Assembly: GCA_965637545.1 (NCBI GenBank)
Contig: OZ281500.1
Coordinates: 12,586,001 to 12,650,000 of the forward strand
Length of the DNA stretch: 64,000 nucleotides
Direction: 5' to 3'
Origin: Phallusia mammillata
Lineage: Eukaryota
Part shown: piece by piece, positions 37,201-57,975 of the stretch
Layout: every line of letters starts with the position of its first letter
Position numbering within the stretch: position 1 is the stretch's first letter
Made by a program: the position numbers and the translations under genes
The notes under the pieces: generated by a model
Databases searched by the model: none
What the model was told of the DNA's origin: nothing
What the model saw: the letters and a program-made list of their open reading frames with translations, nothing else

Positions 37201-40200
37201 CCTGTGTCTTCAGCCTTGATGCTAGCAAACATGTGATTAGTAATCTGTTGTTTGGCGACGCTGTCATGTTGCTTCCTGCCAGTAAATTGCTTGCCGCAGA
37301 ATGTATCCATAGAAAAATATGTCAAACTCAAATAAGCGCAACAAACTAAAATGCGACAGGGTCAAATTGTCGTGTGGCAAATTGCGTTGACCACAAACGG
37401 ATAATTGTAACCTTTAATTTCCAAGCCCCGACCTGGTTTCAGTTGTATGAAATGTTTTGGTTTTAACGTTTCAATGTAAACCCGTTTTGTGCTTGCCTTG
37501 TGATAATTGGATGCAATAAATACCCATTTGCATTCTGGTGCCAGTACGTTCTTTTCTTGTCCAGTTCTTATGTTTTGAAAAGCGTTATTTGATTTAATAC
37601 AAGCATTGTGCAAACTTCCTACCATTCCATCTGCTTCTTAATTATTCTAGTTTCATGAAGAAAATACAAAGCGCTTCTTGTAAATGGCATACGTGGCTTC
37701 ACTGCTTTTACAACTTAAATCGAAATGCAGCGTTCTGTTGTTATTTGTTGTTGAAAAGAAAGATTCGAGTTGTATCGAAACTGGAACCTTTAACATGTCA
37801 TCGCGTAATTCACTTTACGACCAAATGCCAGTTAACGTAAAATTATCATAGGATAGTTTTTGTGTGAAGTAAACGTTTAAACACAATTAACATTTGAACG
37901 GACAAGGTAACCAAAGATTTTAGTATTGTATTGTTGTACATTTTTAGCGGCCTACTTTGTTCATATTAGCATGGAAGTATTTAATACAGGAAACAGTTTT
38001 GCCCCGTCGTCAGAAGCAAGCGTATACAAAAAATACAGTTCATGATTTTAAACATATCACACTGTTTGCGTGTTAAACTTGTTAAACACCATGTGAACCT
38101 GCAGCTCATACTTTGTTTTACCTACCGTGTAAGCTTACACAGTTTTTTTTTTAAATAAACTAAAAAATATACAATGGGTAGTGTGAAACCAATGCATGAC
38201 ATATGAAATTCTTTCAAAATCAAAACAGCTTAAACATTTTCGTTTCACTATGTATTTTCTGACGTCAATCGCTCAGAAAAAAAAACGTAAAAATTAAATC
38301 CCTCAGGATGGTGGCGTGGCCCTCCAACGGTGAAACCACGATGATTAAAGCACAACACATTTAGTGTGCAAATGAAACGTCAATTCACCTTACAATGTAT
38401 TTTGTAAATGATTTCGTCACCGCATAATTATCATTAGCAATATTCAGTGGCCATCACTTAATGTGTCATGTGATTTGATGTCGACGTAAAAAAATCATTG
38501 CCGATAAAAATATTGCTAATTAGGCTCGTGTACAGTGCAGTTTATGGAGATGATCAGAGAACAATGTAGCAATAACCGTAGTGTGTATGTTTCGCATAGT
38601 GGTTTAATTCATAAAACGCTTGGCCTAATTAAGTGTGATACAACGTTTGAAGTAGGTCCATGGCAATAGTGCAAACTTGAGTAGATGTATATGATTCAGG
38701 CCAACAAGTGGAAGTGTGCTTTATAATGAGGTTTTGCATTTACAGCAGATCACTATAGCTAATGTCAACGTGCCCGCGCTAACTAATTGCGGCTCGTTGT
38801 TGTTGATCTGTTTCCTGTGCGTCGTTTCCTTACATTTGTACCAAAAACATCATAGAGCAGCGTTCGGTCAGTTTGTTGGTTCGAAGCTTTAGTAATTGCT
38901 GCCGGAGTCCATAGCTTCAGCAAAAAAAGGATAACGAGATTTTGCCACTTTGCTGTTGGCAGAGCCAGCGTTAGGCAGGATCCCGTTGGCTGGCTGACTG
39001 GTTCGGTTTTGTGGCCTCTGGATCGTCTTTCTCTGCTTTTGATTGTTTCCTGCATTTCTTCGTTACCATTTTACTCATTTCAAGGCTCATTTCTCATTTG
39101 TGAAGAGATTTGGTTTGTCCTCCTGCGGTTCTGCCCAAGCAGGTATCCAGTTCTGCCCAAGCAGGTTGGCATTTGTTGTTAGGTACAGTTCCTTTCAGTA
39201 AGCAAAATGAGTAAAAGATCAAAACAGTTCAACTTGGCGAGCTTAATGAGCAAGGATGGACAGGCGGGGACCAAGTTTGTCCGTCCAGTGTCAGCAAATC
39301 ATAATCTACAAAAGGTTTCATCGTTTTCGGGTCGGAAAAATGCAACTATTGAGCGAATCCATTCTGAACGTGATTCGTTTAACTTGAAACATGGACGGAG
39401 GCCAAAGAAATCGAACAACCAAATTGTGTCATCGGAAGGTTTAGAACTTGGGACCCCGGGACAGTACCGGTCCCGCCAGGATCTGATCTATGAACCTGTC
39501 GGGACAGGAAAAGATAACCGACGTGCCAACCTGCTGCGCTGTCATTCTGAAATGATTAAAAAACTGAACACTAGCCATGCTGTAGATGAAAATCGAACAA
39601 GCGTAGCTCCTTCGCAGCTGAGCAAAAACTACTTGGACCTCAGTAGCACCAACAATAACGAACTTCCGATCAAAGAGTCAAAACCGCAGACCAACGACCA
39701 AATTGACGTTGAAGAGAAATCAACAAACTTAGGTACCACAAACGACGGTCAGTATTTCGAAAAAACTCCGAAACGCAGCAACAAGCCCTCAATGTTGCTC
39801 GACCTTGTGGTCAATGAGATCCCGACAAAAACTGAAGAAGGTAATTATTTTGAAACATCAAGATCTTCTTCAAGCAGAAGCCCTGAAAGTCCAAGCGCTG
39901 ATCGAACGATACAGATTTCATCTCCGATGTCTCCACGAAAGTTGACACCTGAGTTCGATCAATTTCCGTGGGATGGTCCAACTTCTTCCCTGGATAATGT
40001 CAGCAGCCCCAAGTCGATCAGTGCCCAGAAAACTTTCACTCTGCCTCCGCAAATGAGCCCAAAAGATTTTAAACCACATGAGACACAGTCTCGATTTAGC
40101 TTTCACAGAGGATTATTTAAAAGAATCGGGAGAAAATCTTCCAACGATTTTACGGTAGAAATATAAATCACATGTTCCTTTGCCTGAATTTTAGTTACAT

Positions 40201-43200
40201 ATATTTTTTATTTTATGTTACTTTTTGAGTATGCTTTTTTTATCAACAGTGTGTAGTTCATAAATAATATATTTAGCACGTAGATTAGATATTTGCTATG
40301 ATGTCTTTTACCGTTCATGACATTATACGAATTTTTCTAATACACTTTAAATACATTATAATGAAATAGTTTTACCCGATTTATATCAACGACGCAAAAT
40401 GTCCAAACATAGCTGATTCGACGTTGTGACGTTTCTTTGCAGAATCACGTAGATCCACTCGACCCGTACATACTCCACGATCGACTTGGTGTGGACGAGG
40501 GCGAAGAAGAAAATGATACTAAGAAGAACAAGAAGGACAAAAAGAAGAAGACCAAACCCCGTATGTGACCATCTAATGATAACAACAACTACTTGAAATC
40601 AACTTAGGTCACACGGTACTCGTTTATTTCCCTTTAGACGTGTCAAAATACACTCTTTTTGCCATTTAGAAATTATATAATATGGTTTATTTGTCGAGCT
40701 TGGTGCAGCGACATTTGCAGGTCAAACACCCTTTTTAGTGCCATGAGCTTTCAAAAAACAATAAGTATTGGGTTTTGACAACTTACGTCAAGGTTTGCCA
40801 TTGTTGTTTGGCTCCAGTTGCCTTATATACTGTCGCACGTCATTCCAACTTCCGGGATCAAGTTGCTCAAGTCCGATTAGTGAGGTCAATAAAAAGTGAA
40901 GCTGCAACGCGGCTGCAACTCGAATCAATAAACTGAATAAATAAGGGCGCTTATCAAATTTCCATCTTCTGTTTTCGGCGCCGTTGGGTGTTTGATCAGT
41001 TGTACAAGTGTTTCATATCTTGTTAAAATTGACAGTTTGACATTATATTGAAAAGTTGAAGTGGCACACATTCGTGGCGATGTATTATCATTTTGGTTTG
41101 CGAAAATTAAAATTTAGATAATCGTTTTTGATTTGCGTAAAGCATATGTGGTAAAAAAATATTGTGTTAAATTAATGTTGCAATTATGAACAGCTTCAAG
41201 ACATGGGTCAGACGCGAAGAACTCCGACAAAGTTCGAACCAAGTTAAAGAAATTCATAGGCCGACGTCCCACAATGGAGAGCCTTCAAGAAAGAGGCATC
41301 ATACAAGGTTCTTTTAGGATATTTTTAGTCCATTTACGGTTACGGCAATTTGCTGGTGTCTAAAATGTAAATAGTAACGTAAGTTAGCTGATCAGTTCAT
41401 TACATATATAGTCATTTTAATGACCTAATTCAGAAACTAACGACTGCTAATGCATTCTTGATGTTACAGATCGTTATGTCGCATTTATTTGCCCTGATAT
41501 GACACAATGCTTTTTTACTAGAGATCGTTAGAAATGTATTTTCACATTTGCCTTAGCGCTTGACGCAATTGTAAATACTTGCTTTATTTGTCAACGTTAC
41601 GTATTAAGCTTTATTGAACTTCGGTGTTACAGAAAACTTTTCACATGTGACGTTTATGTGCAGAATCCGTATTCGGTTGTCCTCTCGAGAAACTTTGCGA
41701 AAAAGAACAATCATTTGTCCCCAAGTTTATACAAATGTGCGTGGAAGAAGTGGAAAAAAGAGGTGTGATGTACTTTTCTTTTATAAATTATATTTATACA
41801 AATAGTCACTCAAAACTGCTTTGTTTCATATCGTGGTTGTCGAAAATATTGTGCAGCTTAAATTTGAACTTGTTCAGTTGTTAAAAATTATTGTTTTTCT
41901 AATTCCAATTGCGACTTTTGTTTTCCAGGTTTAGATGTGGACGGTATTTATCGTGTAAGTGGAAACCTGTCTCATGTACAGAAGCTCAGATACATGATCG
42001 ACAGAGGTCAGTTCAACTCTACATGCTGTATGTGCGAATGTGAATGGGTGACGATCTAACGCAACTGGCCGAGTCACTTGTCTTTTTTTAGAACCCAATG
42101 CGTATTTCACCACTGCCGTTAAACTGCTCTGTCGTGTCATGGAAATTTACTGTGGCCTGATAGGAGTCAAGCTAATCGACATTTTGCATAGGGACTGGGT
42201 ATTTTGCACAAATTTGCCTGTTGCTTCTCTGCCCTCCACCCTTGCAAAATTGGGTTAGACTTGCTGCGCTCCAGCGATAAAAACAATGCCTAATTTCAAT
42301 ATCTTAAAATTGTTACTGTCGTTTTTCAATAAAGCTTATACTACGCGCGTCAGAAGTTTAGCAGAAAACGGCCACAGCTACTTGACAAGCTATCAAAACA
42401 TTCGAATTTAATAACAGCATCTTGTTTTCTGACCTTAAATTCATTTTGCACACTAGCTTTGCTTAGAACCTTACCTTTATTGCTATTACATGATAAAGAA
42501 TAACTGTGGTCTGCATCATATATTCACAAAATAACATTTTTTTGATAAAATTGAAGAAAACTAAACTCTGTTAACTCAAATAAACGAAAGTGCAGCGTGA
42601 CGCCCTTGAAAAATTCAAAACACTCTGCAGATTAACGACCACAACTTTATTTGATTTTTTTATTGATTTTGAAGTTTTTTTTTCCTTCCGCAGGACAGCT
42701 CACTTTAGATCCCTATGGTAGTTTAGTAAAATTGGCTTTATCCCGTTTTTTTTTCAGACGAAAAAGTTGACCTGAGTGAACCTCAATGGGAGGATATTCA
42801 TCTCATCACTGGTGCTTTGAAAATGTTTCTGCGAGAATTACCCGAACCTGTAATACCTTTCAACTTTTTCGACAAGTTTATCGCTTCATGCAGTAAGTTT
42901 AATTAATTCATGTTTCTGAGTAAAATCATCAGGCACAGTGCTTCATTGATACATAAAATCGCTGGTTGGGGTTAAGCAATGGCGAAGAAAGTTTGTTGAC
43001 TGTTGCTGTGACAATTTTGTCAACTTTCGGTTTGAGGGACTTCCTGCTGTTCATCACACGCAAAACACCACAGCCTTTTCTCAAATAAGCTTGGGCCGCA
43101 AAAACCTGCCGACATGTTTTTTTGTAAATTGTAACAAATACACTGTTTAAAGTGAAGCATCACTAATCAACGAACTTTTTTATTTGTATGAATTTATTAT

Positions 43201-44882
43201 CACACCATTATTTAATAATGTGACAAGCACAAAACAGTCATCCGAAAGTAAGCTCTGACTAAGAATCATTTGATTAAAAATGGCTCTTGCAAAAGTTCAA
43301 GGTTATCAATGCAGTGTGTTATGTCAAAAACACGAAAAAACAAACAAACAGTTATTTAAGGCACACAACTGTTGTCCTACCACCGTGACCGCAAATAGTA
43401 GCATCGTGGAATCGTGTCAGTTATATACTGCTAAACTTATGCAAATTGGGCGTCAAGTCAAGAACTACCATGTATGGTTGAGGTGGAATATAGGATAGCT
43501 AACAGTACAATACGAGATCGGAACACCTATATTCATTTGTGACGTGTTTTTCTTCCACCATACAGGGACATACGAATGCATTTGCAGAAACCGATGTAGT
43601 TGTGTAGAGTTGTTGTCATAAACCAGATGCGTAATGCCCACAATCTGTACACATATGACTAATGTCTTGGTACATAGGAAACCACGCAATATATTGGTTG
43701 TGTAATATTAGATGTGTGGCTGGGTAACGCCTTGTGGACTACAACCATTAACTTCTCTGGGAAATACCCTATTGTGTAAGTTTGCCTCACTTTTCGGACA
43801 AGTATTTGACAATTTCCTGTTTTCAAAGTTGGGACAGCTGGTGTGGTAGGCTGTTGGCAGTTAATATATGCGTGATGGGGCGGTTACATGACAGTCACAT
43901 GATTCCTCATTGCTTGATGGTGAAACATTTTCGCTCCAAAGTGACCCCGAATTCAATACATCACATCAAATTTGCGCACAATCACGTGTAAATATATATA
44001 TATATATATTTTTAATGTAAAAACAGTTTGTTTTAGCATGAAAGGCATTTGCAACGAGCCTCAGAAAGAACGTTGTAAAAACCACTGGGTGTCTGCTGTA
44101 AAATGACGTTTAGGCGCCACATAAGTGTAACGAAGTAACGACAAATCGCTCCATGCGGCTGATATATTTCACTTCCATAACGCGAAACATTATCGTAGGT
44201 ATATTACAAGCTGAACATTAGCTCACTTATATGGATTGCTGGTGCACATTTTTATGGGTCCAAGCATTTGATTGCAGGTTTTAGGCCACACGGTTTGTTG
44301 ATGCACAAATGCCTGTGTGATGAATCGTGTGAATTCACCTCCGTGAACTTTTTTTCAGAAATTCAGGATGAGAGACAAAGAATAGCTTCGATGAAAAGCC
44401 TGGTCCGGGTTCTACCCAAAGCGAATGGAAAGACTTTAAAGTACCTCATGAAGCACTTTTGCAAGTAAGTTTCTCAAGTCAATAAATTTACCTTTATCTG
44501 AAATGACCAAAAAATGGGTTGCGCCGTGTGGTTCGTTCGTTTTACATTCACACCTCAGCGAAACCAATAGGTGCTTAGTACTTTTTGTCAATTTATTGTC
44601 GAAAGAATTTTATCGCAGACCAAAGCATTAACTTATTACTTTCTTTTGCTACAATATTTGTTATTTCATTCACGCGGTATTTGCAGAGTGGTTGAACACA
44701 GTTCGTCGAATCGAATGCAAGTACAGAACGTGGCGATCGTTTTTGGTCCGACCCTTCTGCTGAAACCTCCTGACGAGAGTCCCGGGGGAGGGGCGGCCGG
44801 TCACATGCATGTTTACATGGTGTATCAAAATCAGATTGTGGATTACATGTTAACCGAATATGAAGTAATCTTTGGCAATTAG
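25291..44882 (+). CDS. ARHGAP12-like: Rho GTPase-activating protein with SH3, WW, PH and RhoGAP domains (ARHGAP12/27/15/9 family), 23 coding exons
   Basis: Phase-consistent GT-AG exons: 25291-25450, 26861-26945 (SH3: VEYSYKY..DWWQV..PIYIPAAYVKE), 27229-27408, 28084-28186, 28459-28509, 28622-28685, 28880-28989, 29370-29507 (WW), 29585-29685, 29857-30343, 30763-30846 (WW), 31170-31517, 32421-32480, 32868-33008, 33251-33352, 33586-33684 (PH: GKKQRKNW), 40443-40560, 41194-41307 (KFIGRRPTMESL), 41664-41762, 41929-42006 (GLDVDGIYRVSG), 42758-42892 (GALKMFLRELPEP), 44359-44464, 44687-44882 (NRMQVQNVAIVFGPTLL). Confidence 0.95.
25690..26624. mobile_element. hAT-type MITE in RhoGAP intron 1
   Basis: Imperfect TIR TAG(A/T)G(AT/GC)GCACCGAA; TSD GTTACAA(C/T); CCGAA subterminal repeats. 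Confidence 0.8.
25940..26393. mobile_element. Related hAT MITE nested in the previous one
   Basis: TIR TAG(A/T)GATGTACCGAAT; perfect TSD GTTAGAAC; many CCGAA/TTCGG repeats. Confidence 0.92.
34090..34130 (+). promoter_or_regulatory. Possible intronic promoter (ETS-like ACTTCCG, ATGCGCAT, TATATAAA)
   Basis: Motif cluster about 1.2 kb upstream of the nested fucosyltransferase-like ORF. Motif-only evidence. Confidence 0.3.
35344..36873 (+). CDS. Intronless O-fucosyltransferase-like (POFUT1/2, PF10250-type) type II membrane protein nested in RhoGAP intron 16
   Basis: 509-aa ORF from ATG 35344. N-terminal TM (VFLFFVLGLLIVL); GPNNQ...AMRLNRTLILP; AVHWRFDVEDW; LSLVEMEIASKAFAFLRSPTSSWS, which I recognise as O-FucT family motifs. 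Confidence 0.8.
   Translation: MIKLRLERICLGSKLARKLYRNHLTVSGKTVFLFFVLGLLIVLRRNFRVPPSHRKRLVVTYRSLKLHGDETTKTLSGIPKPWPPEKLKTVCSLDDLQDQRIGRTPQVQLDRNKFLYPILTNGPNNQVIGLRDSIYLAMRLNRTLILPDFRKHKTDSSGALDVVPVEVRIDLSRLSTFVSVASSADLSQICRGKFDAVFLTDRSQSMYEFLPKAKLRNEAHLNISSDVAIFPRDVKDCTLARDDDGNGRRIRLLYESNARCALYVYPFRSVDARESAAQIRNAQTALNTGSVDFSVRPGKTLYSLAFAATTRPKYVTHIAQTFSTKISAAKMIAVHWRFDVEDWMVRCGKQTAESNNTQVVDMCYKLQRINAVDIAEAILSFARELESRTYVKVDAVYFAAPLTLSTLANEVRRRVLSIDRSRLRLYIYADLKDHLRKFGDCEMIHDNREEVLSLVEMEIASKAFAFLRSPTSSWSNNVVRERITAKTNRHDANVLKLTWDAHAKINSNS
39207..40154 (+). CDS. Probable alternative first coding exon of the RhoGAP gene (316 codons, S/K/N-rich)
   Basis: Long ORF with AAAATG start. Phase-0 donor ACG|GTAGAA at 40154 fits the phase-0 acceptor at 40443. 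Unspliced, it stops at 40166. Confidence 0.6.
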
Positions 44883-46375
44883 TTGATTGACGTCACGCAC
44901 CAAGCTCCACTGCCTACCTAATAAAAACTTGATCAGAACTGCTGGCTTTTTGCCCTCTGTGTATTGACGAGCAAACTGGACTGTTTTACAATGTGCAGAA
45001 AATTAGCATATCTAATCTTCTGCATCGTTATGTCAAAGTAAACACAAAAGTATTCACTAGAATCTTATTTTACTGACGCTTTTACCGCGAAGAGTTTCAG
45101 CCAGCTGCCATGTTACATCTGGAAGTAATATTGGCATTTATGGCCCGAACTTGTGACGAGTCAGTTTTGTGTTTTTGCCATTACGCATGCTGCAATCCAA
45201 AGTATTCGTTAAAGCACTTGTCGACGAACCTGTAAACGTTTTGTGGACAATCCTACACTTCCACCAACCAATTTCCAACTTTGCAATGCACATTTAGTAT
45301 TAACGCTATAAAAAATGTATTTGTTCTTCCAACGACTGCGCTAAAAAAACGATGCACTTCTGCCTACGCATAAGATTGTATGGGCCTGGTATGTTGCCGT
45401 GTACTATTTACTGCCGAGTGGGATAGAACATTGTTGAAATGCTTATATCACGTACAATTTAAGTTTCACCAAATCTTTAGTGCATCGTCATTAAATTGCA
45501 ACAATTTCAAATTTTGATGATCTGCCTGAATTATTTTTTCCCGTTTATGCATTCATATTGCAACAACTTGCCCGCGTATGCGAGTGCAGCACTTGTCATT
45601 TAATTTAACCGATAGTAAAAAATCGGTGCCAAGTATTCCTTTTTTGCTTGTTTAGGTGCAAAATAAGTCATGGGTCGTTGAAATTAGGGCGTGTATAAAA
45701 GCCTGCCCAAGCAGTCATGGTTTTGCTTCCATCATCTAAGTTTCCCTGTTGCGTTGCGAACATTTTGCGAAGTGCAAATAGATGACGTATTTTTTTTATT
45801 TGTGACGTTGTTTTGTGTGACGACAGTACTCGCCTCTTGGTTTTGTTGCTTGCACTTTTGTTGAACGTTGTCGGATTTTTTTTCTTTTCTCTTTCACACA
45901 CGATCCGTGCTGCGGCGTCTCTATAACTCCTAACATTGTTTGTACAGTAACAAAATTATAACAAGACCATTTAATGAAAATTCAAACCGGCAATTTGCAA
46001 GTTTCAGAAAGTTATGGTCCGATTCGGGGTAAAAAGTGAATACAATACTTGGTATTATGGGCGCAGGACTTTATGGATATTTATGGTCAATTTCTGCCAA
46101 CTCTGACAAACTTACCCACATACCAAACGTTGAGATAAAGATACAAACTATTTTACCAAAAGTTTAACAAAGTAAAAAAAACTAGTCAGTCACTGTTAAC
46201 TAATTTATCAAGGGGTATCCCAAATTTTCTACAATTTCACTCGACAATTTGAAATGAAATTTATTTCGGGCAGAGATTCCATGTTACAAAACGTAGATTT
46301 TTGTACAAATAGCAGCAACAACATGTTTCAAAACACATGTGTGAATTTGGTGAAGCAGTTAAATCTGCTTTCCCA

Positions 46376-56074
<9,699 letters not shown>

Positions 56075-57055
56075 GATTTTCTGTATTTAGGAACACTACA
56101 TGCAACTAAACATTACTACACACTCAAGTTGAAACCTGTAAATAAAAGTCAGGAGTCAACTTGAAGTCTAATAAGTTAAACTGTTTCTTCTATAAAAAAA
56201 TAGCAAACCATAGTAAAAAACAGTTTGTGATGGTCATTTGTCAAAGAATAAACATAATTATAAAATTAAAACGAATAAAAAAATTAAATTACCACATAGC
56301 ATACAATATTTAAAATTATGTCCTGAAAACTGCACTATATGAGAAAGTATTGGAAAAACACAGCCATTAGGCCCATTACAATACATTTTATGTGTTAATA
56401 GCTCTAAAATAAAGAACCTAATATTTTTACAAAGAAGGACTAACACACCTCGTCGTTAGGACAATTAGTGGTAAATTTACAACCTGATTTTGTTCGAACA
56501 TTTTAGAGATGTGAATTCTACAAGTTTTTGAAAAGTGATTCAACTTTGTACCTGTACAACAACCAAAAACCAACAAAAATTCCCTACAAATACATTCAAA
56601 CTAAACTAGCTGCACCGACAGCACCAATTATCCATAGGTGGACCTGTCCTAGACCATAATTGCACATGCACATTCACTGATATCCACCATCTTATCTTAT
56701 GTGTGCAAAGTACGACACGGTCTGTTGCACATAAATCAAATTTGTTTACGCTTGAGTGCACACTATAAAGTGGAGCAAATATTTTGTGCTCTATGCTTCC
56801 ATGTACTTGAAGGCTTACTAAACGTCAAATAATGTTTTAAATTTCGAAAAACCGATTTTTATACTATTTGAGATACCACCACTCAAATCTGCATGTTTTG
56901 CTTGCAAATAGTCGATGCCAAAAATGTTCAGACGGATTTACAATTATGGTAACTATTTTATTTAATACTTGAGGCTTTCAGTTAGCTAAATATTAATTTA
57001 ATAATATATTTAATTTGTATCCAAACAAAAAAATCATTTTGGACATCACTGTAGA

Positions 57056-57932
57056 TGTTACATCGCCTTGTACATATGTTTATGTTTTCTGTGTTTCCCG
57101 CCAGTAGCCTTGATTCGTGTGTATGACGCAGTGTTGTGCAACCTGATACATTGTCTGGCACACTATCGGTGATTGTGATGTCACAACTTTGACATTGTTT
57201 ATTGGTAACACGTCTTGTAAGCAAGACCGCCTCGTGTTTATTAGTGACTGGAACTTACAGCGTCTGCATGCGTTTTTTAACTGGTCATTTATGTTTGTTT
57301 TTTGTGTAACAAACAGGAAAATTATGCTGTTTAGAAACTGAATCGTCCAATGTGTGACTTGTATATTTAGTGATCGGTAAGCATATGTTTAAACCTTGTT
57401 GTGACCTTTTGGATTTGAATTTATATGAAACCTGTATTCAGACGTGAATTCCGCCGTCGTCCAACCCCGTGTTATTCTGAACCGAACTGTGTTATTCCGG
57501 TAAGATTATTGTTGCTTAAGTTTGCCGTCAGTCACTAGTGTGATTAAGTGATGTTTATATGTGATGTTATTAGATGCTGTGTTTACAGACCTTCTACTGA
57601 TCGCTTGCATTTAAACGACTCCAGTCCTTTAATAGTTTGGTAAGCGTAAATGTCATTGAAATTCTCCTTCTGTTGCCTTGTCTTAATTTGAACATTTTTT
57701 GTAGAAACCGCCTTTTGACCCCTTGTACTCGCCGTGCTGCCATACTCTCGAGCGCCATCTTTCGGCTATATTGTAAAATAAAAGAGTTCGTTATATAGCT
57801 GCTGGCGTCTTGGAGTTTGAGCGCAAGGAAAGGCGCGTTAAAGACAATTTTAGGAACACAAGCGATCGCCCCTGTTGTGCTGTCTGGAGGCGCATGGAGT
57901 CACGCCTTCCGATAATTAAAGACAGCGCAACA
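57056..57932 (+). repeat. 5' LTR of BEL3
   Basis: TGTTACA...CAACA; AATAAA near 57777. Confidence 0.97.
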
Positions 57933-57975
57933 TCGTTTGAAACTTCTGGACACTTGAACACCCACGGCTTGTTGA

